Virus record (IMG/VR): IMGVR_UViG_3300048599_000301
Coordinates: 1 to 59,259 of that record
Source of the DNA: a virus
Lineage: Duplodnaviria; Caudoviricetes
Reading direction: 5' to 3' (one strand)
DNA length: 59,259 nt
Positions 1-9,579 of the stretch are shown here, in pieces; within the stretch, counting starts at the first letter, position 1, and every line of letters starts with the position of its first letter. A model generated the notes under the pieces. It did not search any database. It saw nothing but the letters and a program-made list of their open reading frames with translations, and was not told the DNA's origin. The position numbers and the translations under genes were made by a program.

Positions 1-54
1 TCAAGACGCGGACTTTTCGCGTCGAGTAGAATACGTATCTAGTGGTCTACCCAC

Positions 55-125
55 TGGGGAATAGTGTAACGGTAGCACGACTGACTCTGGATCAGTTAGT
101 CAAGGTTCAAATCCTTGTTCCCCAG
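55..125 (+). tRNA. tRNA-Gln (anticodon CTG), integration target
   Basis: Acceptor stem TGGGGAA/TTCCCCA, anticodon arm CTGA-CTCTGGA-TCAG (CTG at 87-89), T-arm CAAGG-TTCAAAT-CCTTG; CCA not encoded. Confidence 0.96.
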
Positions 126-167
126 CTCCTGAAAGCCTTTCCTGACAACGAGTTAGGAAAGGCTTTT
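85..167 (+). repeat. attL core: 83-bp direct repeat (tRNA 3' half plus terminator)
   Basis: Identical to 48055-48137; identity starts in the anticodon loop. Confidence 0.95.
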
Positions 168-169
168 TT
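132..169 (+). terminator. Intrinsic terminator after the tRNA
   Basis: AAAGCCTTTCCT...AGGAAAGGCTTT stem followed by a T run. Confidence 0.85.
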
Positions 170-183
170 CGTTTGGCTGGGCA

Positions 184-203
184 AGTGGGACCAAAAGTGG
201 GAC
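184..203 (+). promoter_or_regulatory. Putative integrase arm-type site (AGTGGGAC-N4-AGTGGGAC), left
   Basis: 19/20 match to 47926-47945 at the other prophage end. Confidence 0.7.
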
Positions 204-559
204 TAGGGCCGAGGAGTAACGGTACAAGGCGAGCGACGTGCCCGGAATTCTGGCCTTCGTTGAAGTAGCCGATCACAGCTTCGCAAAAGGGCCTGTCCGC
301 ACACGGGACAAGCACTGAATGCACGATTTCCCCCGCCATAATCACCACGGCGCAACGCTCAAACCTGTCCATCTTTGCCTTTCCCGCTTGGGACTCTACC
401 CCGACGGCAGCCCCGCGCCCCGCCGGCAAATCTCACTCAATCACCATAATCGCCATATCTGAACTATCAATGGTCCATGCTGGGGGTGTCGGTACGCGAT
501 ACATACCGGGTTGCAACGCGAGACAAACCCGGCAATCAGGCGGTGCCGATACAGGTTGC

Positions 560-826
560 ATGTCGCAACGCCGTGTGGGGCCACAAACTGCCGATAGCCT
601 GGACCAGATCGGGGACGATCTTGAGACGCACCTCAAGAAGATCCGAGAGGCGGCCCGCTTGCTCCGCACGGTCCCTGACAGTGTGGTCGACGTGACGGGC
701 TCGCGTGGAGTCTACGGAACCCCAGACCATCCCGGCGCAATCCCGATGGTTCGGACGTTCGCGGAAGATGCCCAAAAGAAGGCAGAAGCGCTGGCGAGAG
801 AGTACCAACGAAGACGGCGTAGGTGA
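560..826 (+). CDS. Small helical hypothetical protein, paralogue of 46442-46702
   Basis: Shared pattern TxDxL(D/E)Q...LE...K..R(E/D)AA...R...FA..A..KA; start could be upstream (470). Confidence 0.6.
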   Translation: MSQRRVGPQTADSLDQIGDDLETHLKKIREAARLLRTVPDSVVDVTGSRGVYGTPDHPGAIPMVRTFAEDAQKKAEALAREYQRRRRR

Positions 827-827
827 G

Positions 828-1032
828 CATCTTGATCGCTCCTCCCACGACGGCGAGGGTCCGGCCCTCGCACCGGCGGGCTTCGGCCCGAGCCACTGAC
901 GTGATTTGCTAGCCAGTGTACACCCGAACAGTATCACGTCAAGCCCTCGCATGCGGATTTGCCACCCCTGCGAGACCATTCATTTGTACGGCGAACGATG
1001 GCAGGCGGTTCGTAAGATCGCCCCGCAAGATG
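828..1032 (+). ncRNA. Candidate multi-hairpin structured RNA or 3' UTR
   Basis: Closing stem CATCTTG/CAAGATG; inner stems 853-871, 877-890 (C-TTCG-G tetraloop), 897-941, 946-974. Confidence 0.35.
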
Positions 1033-1033
1033 G

Positions 1034-1062
1034 TTGCAAACAGCACGCCGCGGGGGTATCGT
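1034..1062 (+). promoter_or_regulatory. Sigma70-like promoter of the 1131 gene
   Basis: TTGCAA-17 bp-TATCGT. Confidence 0.55.
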
Positions 1063-1130
1063 GGTGGACATGGGGCAGATTCTTCGAAGGCAGGAAAGGT
1101 GCAGATTCTTCAATCGGGGAGGGCAGCTAG

Positions 1131-2036
1131 ATGGGGTTTGCGAAGGCTTTTGGCGGTGCTGTCGGCGTGGTGTTGGGGCTGGCTGCGGGATTCGTTCTCC
1201 TCTGCTTGGGATGTGGCGGATGCGTGATGATCCTGTCGTCTGCTGGAGACTCAGCCCGGCAGGCGGCCCGCGAGTCGCAGGCGAGGCAAGAAGCACGTGA
1301 AAGAGTCGCGGCAGAAGTCAGGGCCCAATCCTCGGCTCCGTCGCAACCCCTAGCCAGGGAACCGTCGCCGTCGACGGACTCGGCCGTGCAAGAGTCCGCC
1401 CAGCCAACACCGCAGGCAGAATCGTCACCGAATACGCCGATCGCAATGAACGATTCCACTTCCTCCCAAAGACCATTGAAGGTTGTCGCAGAGAAGGCCT
1501 CCGCAGATGAGCCGGAGGATTCCGCAAAACGGCGGACCTGGACCGATTCCACCGGAAAGCACACGATCGAGGCGGAGTTCAAGGGAGTCGCGGCCGGCAA
1601 GGTGAAGCTCTTGAAGGCGGATGGGGAAACGATCACGATCGCCTTGGACAAGTTGAGCGACGAGGATCAAGCGTGGATCAAGGACCGGCCGCGGGCCGAG
1701 GAATCGCGACGCTCGGCCGCCGCCATCGAACGGAAGCGGGTCGCGGAAGAACGGCAACGAGAGGCTCGCCTGCAGGCGGCTGCCGAAGAGCGTCGACGGG
1801 AAGCCGCCTCGAAAAACCTCGGCATCACGAAGGCGGCCTATGACCGGATTCAGACGGGCATGACCTACCGCCAGGTCGTCGAGATCATCGGCCAGCAGGG
1901 CGAAGAGCTTTCCCGCAATAGCATCGGCGGCGAGGAAACGGTGATGTGCCAATGGACGACCAGGACCGGCCCGAACATGAATGCGATCTTCCAGGGCGGA
2001 AGACTTGTGCAAAAGGCTCAATTCGGGCTCGAATGA
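1131..2036 (+). CDS. Membrane-anchored SHD1-domain protein with C-terminal DUF3862/BLIP-like domain (moron)
   Basis: N-terminal hydrophobic helix with CLGCGGC; RTWTDSTGKHTIEAEF...LSDEDQAWI (SHD1); ITKAAYDRIQTGMTYRQVVEIIG...KAQFGL; RBS GGAGG. Confidence 0.8.
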   Translation: MGFAKAFGGAVGVVLGLAAGFVLLCLGCGGCVMILSSAGDSARQAARESQARQEARERVAAEVRAQSSAPSQPLAREPSPSTDSAVQESAQPTPQAESSPNTPIAMNDSTSSQRPLKVVAEKASADEPEDSAKRRTWTDSTGKHTIEAEFKGVAAGKVKLLKADGETITIALDKLSDEDQAWIKDRPRAEESRRSAAAIERKRVAEERQREARLQAAAEERRREAASKNLGITKAAYDRIQTGMTYRQVVEIIGQQGEELSRNSIGGEETVMCQWTTRTGPNMNAIFQGGRLVQKAQFGLE

Positions 2037-2052
2037 CCAGCACCAATTCTCT

Positions 2053-2125
2053 TGCTGCCTCGCCTCGCAAAGCCCGAGGCAGCGCGGCCGCTCTGGACTG
2101 CCTCCGGCGGCCGTTTTTTATGCGC
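2053..2125 (+). ncRNA. Two-hairpin antisense sRNA, copy 1 (predicted target: start region of gene 1131)
   Basis: Stem TGCTGCCTCG/CGAGGCAGCG, stem CGGCCGC/GCGGCCG, T6-ATGCGC tail; scaffold shared with three copies at 51765-52112. Confidence 0.75.
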
Positions 2126-2439
2126 GGGCGGTCTGGCGAGCATGAAAAAGCCCTTGTTGCCGGGGCAGGGAGCAACAAGGGCTGAAGAGGTGAGGATTGC
2201 TCCTCACATGTCACTAGTTTAGCGAGCCGAAGAGGAGGCTTGCAAGGGTGGTGCGGTAGTCGAATTCTTCACGAATGGCCTCGACTATCGCCCACCCATT
2301 TAGGGTGGATTAATGAACAGTGTGGATGTGCGAGGGATTGAGCAGGAGGCATCCAGCCACTTATCAGTTGCAATTGCTCGCTGTCTGTGCAATCATAACC
2401 CCCGTCTTGGCCACTTTACTCAAGCTCTGGGGGCCTGCC

Positions 2440-3765
2440 ATGGCAGACGTTCGTTCGATCACGCCTTCAAACCTTCTGGTCGATGCGGAGAATCCGCGAC
2501 TATTGCAGCCGAACGAGGGGCAGCGAGAAGCCATGAGGGCGCTTGCCAAGGTCATGCCACGCAAGATACTCTCGCTTGCGAAGGACATCGTTGCAAATGG
2601 CCTGAATCCGGCCGACCTGCCGATAGTGATGCCCGCGAATGACAGCGAGAATCGGTACGTCGTGCTTGAGGGAAACCGGCGGCTAGTCGCATTAAAGGCG
2701 CTGGAGAATCCGGATTCTTTCGTCGGCGCCCTTGATGGCGGCTCGCTTTCGAGCATGCGAACGCTTGCAAGAGAGTACCAAGAGACGCCCATCGACTTGG
2801 TTCAGTGCTTGGTGGTGAAAGACCGTCCAGATGCGGAGCACTGGATCAAGCTACGGCATACTGGAGAAAACGAGGGGGCCGGAATCGTTCCATGGGGTGG
2901 TGACGAAACAAATCGGTTTCGCGCCCGAGGAGGCCGAAAGGATCTTAGCACTCAAGCTCTAGACTATCTTGAACGACATAACGTCTTGACGCCAGAGGAT
3001 CGCAGTAAGGTGCCGGCGACAAGCCTAAAGAGATTGTTGGGAACACCAGAGGTTCGCGACAAGCTTGGGCTTGACCTTCAAGATGGTGAGCTGATAGTAC
3101 GTGCTGACGACAAGAAAGTCACGAAGGCCCTCAAGTATGTGACGAATGATCTCGCCGCGGAGAACGGCACGAAAGTAAAAGACATCTACACCAAAGACCA
3201 ACGCAAGGCCTATGCAGCAGGACTTCCGCAAAACATTGTCGTGAAGCCGCAAGAGGGAAATGGTCGCAGCATCGGAGACAGCGTCGCAAAGCCACTGCCG
3301 AAGACGAAAGGCGTCAAGAAACCCAAACCAGCCAGAACTCGCGATACTCTTATTCCACGCGACTGCGTACTGGCCATAACGCATCCGAGAATTCGTGCCA
3401 TTGAGGGCGAATTGCGATCGTTGAGTCTCGAAAGCCATACCAACGCGGTAAGTGTGCTATTTCGTGTTTTCGTTGAGTTGAGCGTTGATGAGTACATCGA
3501 CACGCATGCCTTGACGTGTGGGCCCCACGACAAACTGCGGCAGAAGCTGGAAGCAGTTCTGAACGATCTTCTGTCACACAAGAAGTTGACGACACAGCAG
3601 GCAAAGCCCGTCAGGAAGGCGACGATGAAGGATTCGTATCTCGCTCCATCGATCGACCTGATGCATGATTACATCCACAATCAGCACGTCTTCCCCGCCC
3701 CGGGCGACCTGCGTGCACACTGGGACTGTCTGCAGCCGTTCTTGATCGGTATGTGGTCGTCTTGA
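2440..3765 (+). CDS. ParB/Srx-like N-terminal domain protein with HEPN-like C-terminus (candidate defence effector)
   Basis: LLVDAENPRL, YVVLEGNRRLVALK (ParB-like); VLFRVFVELS and MHDYIHN (HEPN-like); lower GC than the phage core. Confidence 0.7.
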   Translation: MADVRSITPSNLLVDAENPRLLQPNEGQREAMRALAKVMPRKILSLAKDIVANGLNPADLPIVMPANDSENRYVVLEGNRRLVALKALENPDSFVGALDGGSLSSMRTLAREYQETPIDLVQCLVVKDRPDAEHWIKLRHTGENEGAGIVPWGGDETNRFRARGGRKDLSTQALDYLERHNVLTPEDRSKVPATSLKRLLGTPEVRDKLGLDLQDGELIVRADDKKVTKALKYVTNDLAAENGTKVKDIYTKDQRKAYAAGLPQNIVVKPQEGNGRSIGDSVAKPLPKTKGVKKPKPARTRDTLIPRDCVLAITHPRIRAIEGELRSLSLESHTNAVSVLFRVFVELSVDEYIDTHALTCGPHDKLRQKLEAVLNDLLSHKKLTTQQAKPVRKATMKDSYLAPSIDLMHDYIHNQHVFPAPGDLRAHWDCLQPFLIGMWSS

Positions 3766-3808
3766 TTCTCCTATGGCCATCTTGAGAGAAGTTGCCTAGA
3801 ATCGTGGC

Positions 3809-4708
3809 ATGAAGCCCTACACTCCATTGCGATACCCAGGGGGAAAGCGTCGCCTAGCAGACGTGGTCACTCGCCTTCTGGAACAGAACGATCTACGTGA
3901 TATCCAATACGTCGAACCCTATGCCGGTGGCGCTGCGGTCGCGCTCGGCTTGCTTTTCGAGGAATACGCATCGACCATCCACCTGAACGACTTGGCTCGG
4001 CCAGTATACTCGCTGTGGCACACGATTCTGAATGATACGACGTGGCTGTGCAAAAGAATCCGAGCCGTCAATGTAACGATGCGGGAGTGGAAGCGACAAA
4101 GGGCGGTCTACGACAGGCGAGAAGACGCCAACCTTGACGATCTGGGGTTTGCCACGCTGTTTTTGAATCGAACGAATCGATCTGGTATTATCCAGGGCGG
4201 CGTAATCGGCGGAAAGGACCAGGCAGGCGAATGGACCCTTGACGTTCGGTTTGGCAAGGACTCGTTGATTGATCGCATCAAGAAGATCGGTCGATACCGA
4301 GACCGGATCAAGCTATACCAGATGGATGGCCGAGAGTTTACTCAGAAGGTCGTCGCGAAAATGGGCCGCGATGCGTTCGTCTTTGTCGATCCACCGTATA
4401 TTGAACGCAGCTACCAACTCTACATGAACACGTATACAATCGGCGACCACCGAAAGCTGGCCAGCAGCGTAACCAAGCTTCGGCAACCGTGGATTGTGAC
4501 GTACGACAAGGCAGCGATTTTTCACCGCCTCTATCCCTCGTTCCGCCGAATCGTGTACGGACTTCACTATACCGCCCACGAGAAATACGAGGGACAGGAA
4601 GTCATGTTTCTATCGGATGGGCTTCAACTGCCGAGAATCTCAGACCTGTTGGGGCCGAGAATGCAGTTCTGCCGTTCGGGGTCGCGGCTTTGGCAAGGCA
4701 AGAGCTGA
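3809..4708 (+). CDS. D12-class (Dam-like) N6-adenine DNA methyltransferase
   Basis: [28 protein letters not shown]; TAGAAT 6 nt before ATG suggests a leaderless transcript. Confidence 0.9.
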   Translation: MKPYTPLRYPGGKRRLADVVTRLLEQNDLRDIQYVEPYAGGAAVALGLLFEEYASTIHLNDLARPVYSLWHTILNDTTWLCKRIRAVNVTMREWKRQRAVYDRREDANLDDLGFATLFLNRTNRSGIIQGGVIGGKDQAGEWTLDVRFGKDSLIDRIKKIGRYRDRIKLYQMDGREFTQKVVAKMGRDAFVFVDPPYIERSYQLYMNTYTIGDHRKLASSVTKLRQPWIVTYDKAAIFHRLYPSFRRIVYGLHYTAHEKYEGQEVMFLSDGLQLPRISDLLGPRMQFCRSGSRLWQGKS

Positions 4709-4713
4709 AGCAT

Positions 4714-7545
4714 CTATGCCTGGGCCGTCTGATTAGGCGGGCTGGCCGGCGGAGTCGTGCTCCAGGGCAAGTAGAGTTCCGCGGACGTGCCCTTGGTGCC
4801 ATCCGCGGCGATCGCGGCCAGGGCGACATACTCGGGGGCCTGCTGGCTGCGCGTGGCTTGGTAGGCCAACTGCGTGGGCATGGCGGCAACACGCTGGGCC
4901 GGCGGGCCGGAGGTGTCGACCGGGGAGGCCGGGGCGAACCAGAGGCCCCAACGGATGTCCCAGACGGTAACGGCGTGGCTGGCGGTCCAGGTCAGAGTGG
5001 TCTGGCCGCGGGAGACGGAGGCGGCCAGGTCGAGGGCCGTGGGCAGCGGGTCGAGAACCGGCGGGAGGTCGTCGGCGATCGTGACGACTTGGACGGTTGG
5101 CTTCCTCGCGGCCTTCCAGTAGAGGCCTTCACGTACGGACCAGACTTCATAGGTTCCCGGGGCCAGGGGAACGTCGACGAGCTGCAAGGGCGAGGCGTCG
5201 GCGTCGACCGCTCCAAGCTCGGTGACCACGCCCGTGGCCAGGTTGCGGGCGTAGATATGGTGGCGATCGGGATAGAGAATCCGGTACCGCCAAACGAAAT
5301 CGGCGACGGTTGGCACGCGGGCTTCTATCGAGGCCCACCGCGCGGCCAGGTCGGCCGACGTCGGGATCCGCACGTCGACCACGGATGACCAACGCGCGGC
5401 GAAGTCAGCACTGGTCGGCACGCGTGTTTCGACGATCGAGCCCCAGCGAGCAGCCAGGTCCGCGGACGTCGGCGTGCGAACGTCCTCCCGTGCGGACCAT
5501 CGGGCGGCAAGATCGGCACTGGTTGGCGTGCGAACATCTTCCTGAGACGACCAGCGGACGGCCAAGTCGGCAGACGTCGGCGTGCGCACGTCGAGGGTCT
5601 GCATCGGCAGGAAGGTCAACTCGTGATCGGCCTCGGTGGCGTTGTAGTACTCGAACTCGGCGAAGGCCTGCGGAAGGACCGTGCCCGTGAGGATACGGAC
5701 GTCATCGATCCAGCCATAATGCGGATCGGGTTCGCCGGAATCCATCCGGCCGCCGATCTGCACGGGATCGGTTCCCGAGGCCAGAGCCACCGGACCGGCC
5801 GCGTACCATGGTTGCGACGTGTTCCAAAACCCGGAGCAGAGGACGCCGTTGACGTAGACCTTTGGATTGCTCGTGCCGTTGTACGTGACGACGATGAAAT
5901 ACCAGGTGTCGGCCTGGAGGTTGGCGTTGGTCGTATGCCAGAGCCGCCAATAGCCCGCCGCGTGGAAAGAGAACGTGAGATTGTTCGTGCTGCCGCCGTA
6001 GGAGTTGCTCGACTTGGCCAGCGCCCAATTGCAGCCGCTGTCGCGTTTGGTGGCGATCACGGGCGTGGCGTCCTGGATCGCGTCCCACTTGACCCAGGCC
6101 GAGAGCGTGATGCTGGTCGAGGTCGCGCCGATGTTTCCCGCGTTGATGTAGTTGCCGGCAGTTCCGTTGAAATACTGGCATCCTGCGATAACGCCGGTCG
6201 CCGCGTTTGGCAAGCTCCCAACATAGGTGCCGTGATTGCTGCCGATCAAGTTGGTGGCGGTCGCGCCGGATGTCTCGTCCAGAGGGAAGACGCCGGCGTG
6301 TCCGGTCCAGACGGCCGATGGATTCGAGGAGGTCGGCGAGGTCGCGCCGCAATAGGCGTAGATCGTCACATCCTCGGCCGCGAGGATGGAGGCGACGGTC
6401 AATCGCCAGATCCCCAACGCCTTTCCGGAAGTAACTGAGAATGCAATCAATTGGCGCGAGAGAACGGTTGTCCCGTCAGGCCCTGCGAAGAAAACGTCGC
6501 TGCCATCGGCGGCGCACCAGGACCCCAGATCCGTGCCTCTTGCCTCGTCGTCGATTACCACCAACAGCCGATGCGAAGTCAGGTCGGCGCTGATGTGGTC
6601 GCGCTGGACGGTGAACGGCAAGCGGTGTGTCTGGCCGGTGATCCACGGCGAGGTGCCCGGGTCGGGGGTAGTGACGGTGACCGTGACGCTGTAGGTACGG
6701 CTAACGCAGTCCGACCCGACAGTCAATGTGTAGGTGGTCGATGTCAGTGGCCAGACGGTCACCGTGCCGCTTTCCGGGCCGTCGATGACGCCGGAGAACA
6801 CAGGGCCCACGCCGTTGTCGATCTCAGCATCGACCCCCACCAGCTCTCCGGTTGGACAAGTGACGCTCCACGTCAGCGTCACCGGCTCGCCCGGCTCGAC
6901 GGTCGTGGGGGAGGCGGCAATCGAGCCGCTGGCGGTCACTGGCGTGAGCGCGAACGTGGTCGAGGTGGTGCCGTTGGCGTTGGTCGCCTCGATGGTGATG
7001 GTATCGGTCAGGCTTCCCGTCAGCGTGACGGTCTGACCGCTAAAACTGCACGCACCGTCGGCAACGGCGAGCGTCCCGGAATCCACGCTCTGAGAAGACG
7101 CGACGTACCGCCACGATTCGGCGCGCGTGAGTGCCACACGCACGACGACCTGCCACGGGTCACAGTTGAGCGACTCGACCTCAGCGCTGATCGCCGGCTT
7201 GGCCGTGTCCACCAACACCTCGACGCTGCTCGTCCCGATCTCGTCGCCTCCCGAGCAGTGCTGGGCGGTCCAGCTCACGACGCCTGTGGCCGAGTAGGGG
7301 CTCGCGTAGATCGGGACCTCGACTTCAGACGGGAAGGAGGTCACCGCGGGGAGGTCGGTCATCGACTCCCAAGCGGGACAGGTGAGGTAGCCTCGAAACT
7401 CGGGCCTGTTTTCCGAATCGTAGCAATCCAGGCACGGGCCGTTGATGCGGACGCGGACCGTCCCCTCCGTGCGCATGCCGGCCGACGGCTTGTAGACCGA
7501 AGTGCCGCAGCGGTAGGTAACCGACAGAACTTCAACGAGTGGCAT
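4714..7545 (-). CDS. Tail adhesin / receptor-binding-like protein (Ig/PKD-like, DUF2341-like, LamG, 18-aa repeats)
   Basis: Last gene of the tail operon; GEPVTLTWS...IDNGVGPV; DGSDVFF...TIYAYCG; ITLSAWVK...WYFIVVTY...VYVNG...GWIDDVRI. Confidence 0.75.
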   Translation of the reverse strand: MPLVEVLSVTYRCGTSVYKPSAGMRTEGTVRVRINGPCLDCYDSENRPEFRGYLTCPAWESMTDLPAVTSFPSEVEVPIYASPYSATGVVSWTAQHCSGGDEIGTSSVEVLVDTAKPAISAEVESLNCDPWQVVVRVALTRAESWRYVASSQSVDSGTLAVADGACSFSGQTVTLTGSLTDTITIEATNANGTTSTTFALTPVTASGSIAASPTTVEPGEPVTLTWSVTCPTGELVGVDAEIDNGVGPVFSGVIDGPESGTVTVWPLTSTTYTLTVGSDCVSRTYSVTVTVTTPDPGTSPWITGQTHRLPFTVQRDHISADLTSHRLLVVIDDEARGTDLGSWCAADGSDVFFAGPDGTTVLSRQLIAFSVTSGKALGIWRLTVASILAAEDVTIYAYCGATSPTSSNPSAVWTGHAGVFPLDETSGATATNLIGSNHGTYVGSLPNAATGVIAGCQYFNGTAGNYINAGNIGATSTSITLSAWVKWDAIQDATPVIATKRDSGCNWALAKSSNSYGGSTNNLTFSFHAAGYWRLWHTTNANLQADTWYFIVVTYNGTSNPKVYVNGVLCSGFWNTSQPWYAAGPVALASGTDPVQIGGRMDSGEPDPHYGWIDDVRILTGTVLPQAFAEFEYYNATEADHELTFLPMQTLDVRTPTSADLAVRWSSQEDVRTPTSADLAARWSAREDVRTPTSADLAARWGSIVETRVPTSADFAARWSSVVDVRIPTSADLAARWASIEARVPTVADFVWRYRILYPDRHHIYARNLATGVVTELGAVDADASPLQLVDVPLAPGTYEVWSVREGLYWKAARKPTVQVVTIADDLPPVLDPLPTALDLAASVSRGQTTLTWTASHAVTVWDIRWGLWFAPASPVDTSGPPAQRVAAMPTQLAYQATRSQQAPEYVALAAIAADGTKGTSAELYLPWSTTPPASPPNQTAQA
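5284..5592 (-). repeat. Six tandem ~54-bp coding repeats (DVRTPTSADLAARWSxxx)
   Basis: Visible in both translation and DNA. Confidence 0.9.
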
Positions 7546-7573
7546 GTTCAGGCTCCGTACTCCTAACTCCTGA

Positions 7574-8980
7574 TCAGGTCCACGAAAACCGCATGCGCTC
7601 CAGGTGGTTCCCGGCCGGTTCGCCGTCGCGGATCGTTTCCACCTGCCAGAGGATCGCCACCCCGCCGGCCCCAAGGTTTCCGATGGCGAGTTTTGCGGAT
7701 TCGGTGGGACAACTGAACGTCAGCGGAGGAAGCTGCGTCTCGCTGGTGATGACCTCGGTCGGGGCGGGGTCGATTGTCAGGTCGACCGGAGCCATTGGCC
7801 GGATCGTGTCGCCGGCTTCCCAGGCGACGGCGGTCTTTCCACGGAAACCGACCGCAACGGCCGAGAGCGTGCCAAGGGCCCCGGCCGTCTCGCCAACCTG
7901 GAATGTCCCGGTCAGGCTCTTGCAGATCGCGTAGCCGGCCCGGGAGGCGACTACTACGGCCGTCGCTCCGCTGGTTGCTCCGGTGATCGTCGCGCCGTAT
8001 GCCGCGGCCGTCGATCCGTTGCCGGTCAGGACCACCCAGTTGGCCGCGGGGCAGGTGAACGTGTTGCCGCTGAGCGTGTAGGGCCGCAAATCGCCCTTGG
8101 TGCTGTTGTAGACCCAGCCGGCGGCCTCCCAGTCGCTGGCGTCTGTTCCGTCGAACGTGCCGGCGGTCAGCCCCAGGGAGCTGCCGGTGGCGATCGTGGT
8201 AGCCGTGCCGGCCGGCGGAATGAGGTGAACCGCCAATGAGGCCATGACCCCGCTTGCGTTGCCGTTGACGGCGGCGATCCCGCGGACGCGGACCTTGCCG
8301 CCGCTGATCTCGGAGGTTTCGTCGCCCTCGTAGTCGGGCACGAACTTGCCGACCGGGAAGGCCAGCGTCCAGGGCTCCGTCTGGTCGGTGGCGGGGAGGC
8401 TGGCCAGGACCGCCGTTACCTCGATAAAGCCGTTCTTGGCCGCGTTGTAGACCGGCTTGGCCTCGCTGGTGGCGGTCGAAAGGGCCACGGCCTCGCCGTA
8501 TTCCTCAGTGCCCATCTTGATCTTGACGGTTTGCCCGCTAGCCGTGAAGGCGACCGTCAGCGTGCCCTCGCCCAGGCCGGCCGCTGCGCGATGGATCGAC
8601 AGGCCGGTGATCGTGCTGCCGGCCACGGCGGCAATTTCGGGCTGTTCGCCGCCGACGGTCTGCCCCAGGATCTGCGTTGTGGAGCGATTGGACCCCACGG
8701 CGCAGAAGACGAATTGATCGCCGGCAGACGGGGCAGATGAAAGGGCCTTGGACAGCGGGTAGGCGCCGCCGCTGGCCGGCCCCATGACATGGAACGGCTC
8801 GCCAGCCAGGGCTCCGGTAATGAACCAGCCGACGCCGCCGGCCGGAGCGGTGAGGGCCGTGGTCGGCACCAGGCTGGTCGTCGTGCTGCCCGTTCCGATG
8901 GTGTGCGTCGGCAGGGGTTGACTGGCCGTGGCTCCGGTGAGGTAGTACAGTTTGAGGTCGGCCGCGGTGGGTGTCGGCAT
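7574..8980 (-). CDS. Putative tail structural protein (Thr/Gly/Ala-rich)
   Basis: Position in tail operon, beta-rich composition, RBS GGAG before MPTPTAA. Confidence 0.6.
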   Translation of the reverse strand: MPTPTAADLKLYYLTGATASQPLPTHTIGTGSTTTSLVPTTALTAPAGGVGWFITGALAGEPFHVMGPASGGAYPLSKALSSAPSAGDQFVFCAVGSNRSTTQILGQTVGGEQPEIAAVAGSTITGLSIHRAAAGLGEGTLTVAFTASGQTVKIKMGTEEYGEAVALSTATSEAKPVYNAAKNGFIEVTAVLASLPATDQTEPWTLAFPVGKFVPDYEGDETSEISGGKVRVRGIAAVNGNASGVMASLAVHLIPPAGTATTIATGSSLGLTAGTFDGTDASDWEAAGWVYNSTKGDLRPYTLSGNTFTCPAANWVVLTGNGSTAAAYGATITGATSGATAVVVASRAGYAICKSLTGTFQVGETAGALGTLSAVAVGFRGKTAVAWEAGDTIRPMAPVDLTIDPAPTEVITSETQLPPLTFSCPTESAKLAIGNLGAGGVAILWQVETIRDGEPAGNHLERMRFSWT

Positions 8981-8985
8981 GGGGG

Positions 8986-9579
8986 CTACTCCGTGATTTG
9001 CAGGGTATACAAGCCGGTGGCTGATCCGGCGGAAATGGCGATCGTGGGCGGGTCGGCTGGTTGCATGGCCAGGTAGACCCAGGAGTATCGCGTGGACTGG
9101 TGGCCGAACTGGTCGACGGCTTCCACGCGGAAAAACTGCCACTTGCCGCCGCGGCCGTCGAGGGTGATCGGACAGACGAGGCGGCAAATGCCGAATTCGT
9201 CGGGGGCGACATGGCCGTCGAAAAGGAGCGTGTCGGGGCCGGCCGGGTCAGTGCGGTGGTAGATCCGATAGCGCTCGGCCGTGGCCAGGGCGTTCCAGGA
9301 GATTTGGGGCTGTGTGCTGGGCTCGATCGTGATCGGCGAGGGGACCAGGTCGATGGTGGGCAGTTCGTGGATTTCGAGCTGGCGGGTCTCGGTCGACGGC
9401 CAGCGAAGGAGGAAAGACCGCTCGGGCTGCGCGGCGTCGCCCTCGATCGGGCCAGCGGCGAAACGGCCGTCGACGTACAGCCAGGCGGGCCAGTCGGGAT
9501 GGGCAGAGGTCCACGCGACCAGAACGCGGCCGGGGGCGTCGGGCGTGAGGCGGATGGTGGCGGGGTCAATCAGAGGCAT
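8986..9579 (-). CDS. Putative tail protein (FN3-like)
   Basis: ISWNA...YRIY...FRVEAVD pattern; operon position. Confidence 0.55.
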   Translation of the reverse strand: MPLIDPATIRLTPDAPGRVLVAWTSAHPDWPAWLYVDGRFAAGPIEGDAAQPERSFLLRWPSTETRQLEIHELPTIDLVPSPITIEPSTQPQISWNALATAERYRIYHRTDPAGPDTLLFDGHVAPDEFGICRLVCPITLDGRGGKWQFFRVEAVDQFGHQSTRYSWVYLAMQPADPPTIAISAGSATGLYTLQITE

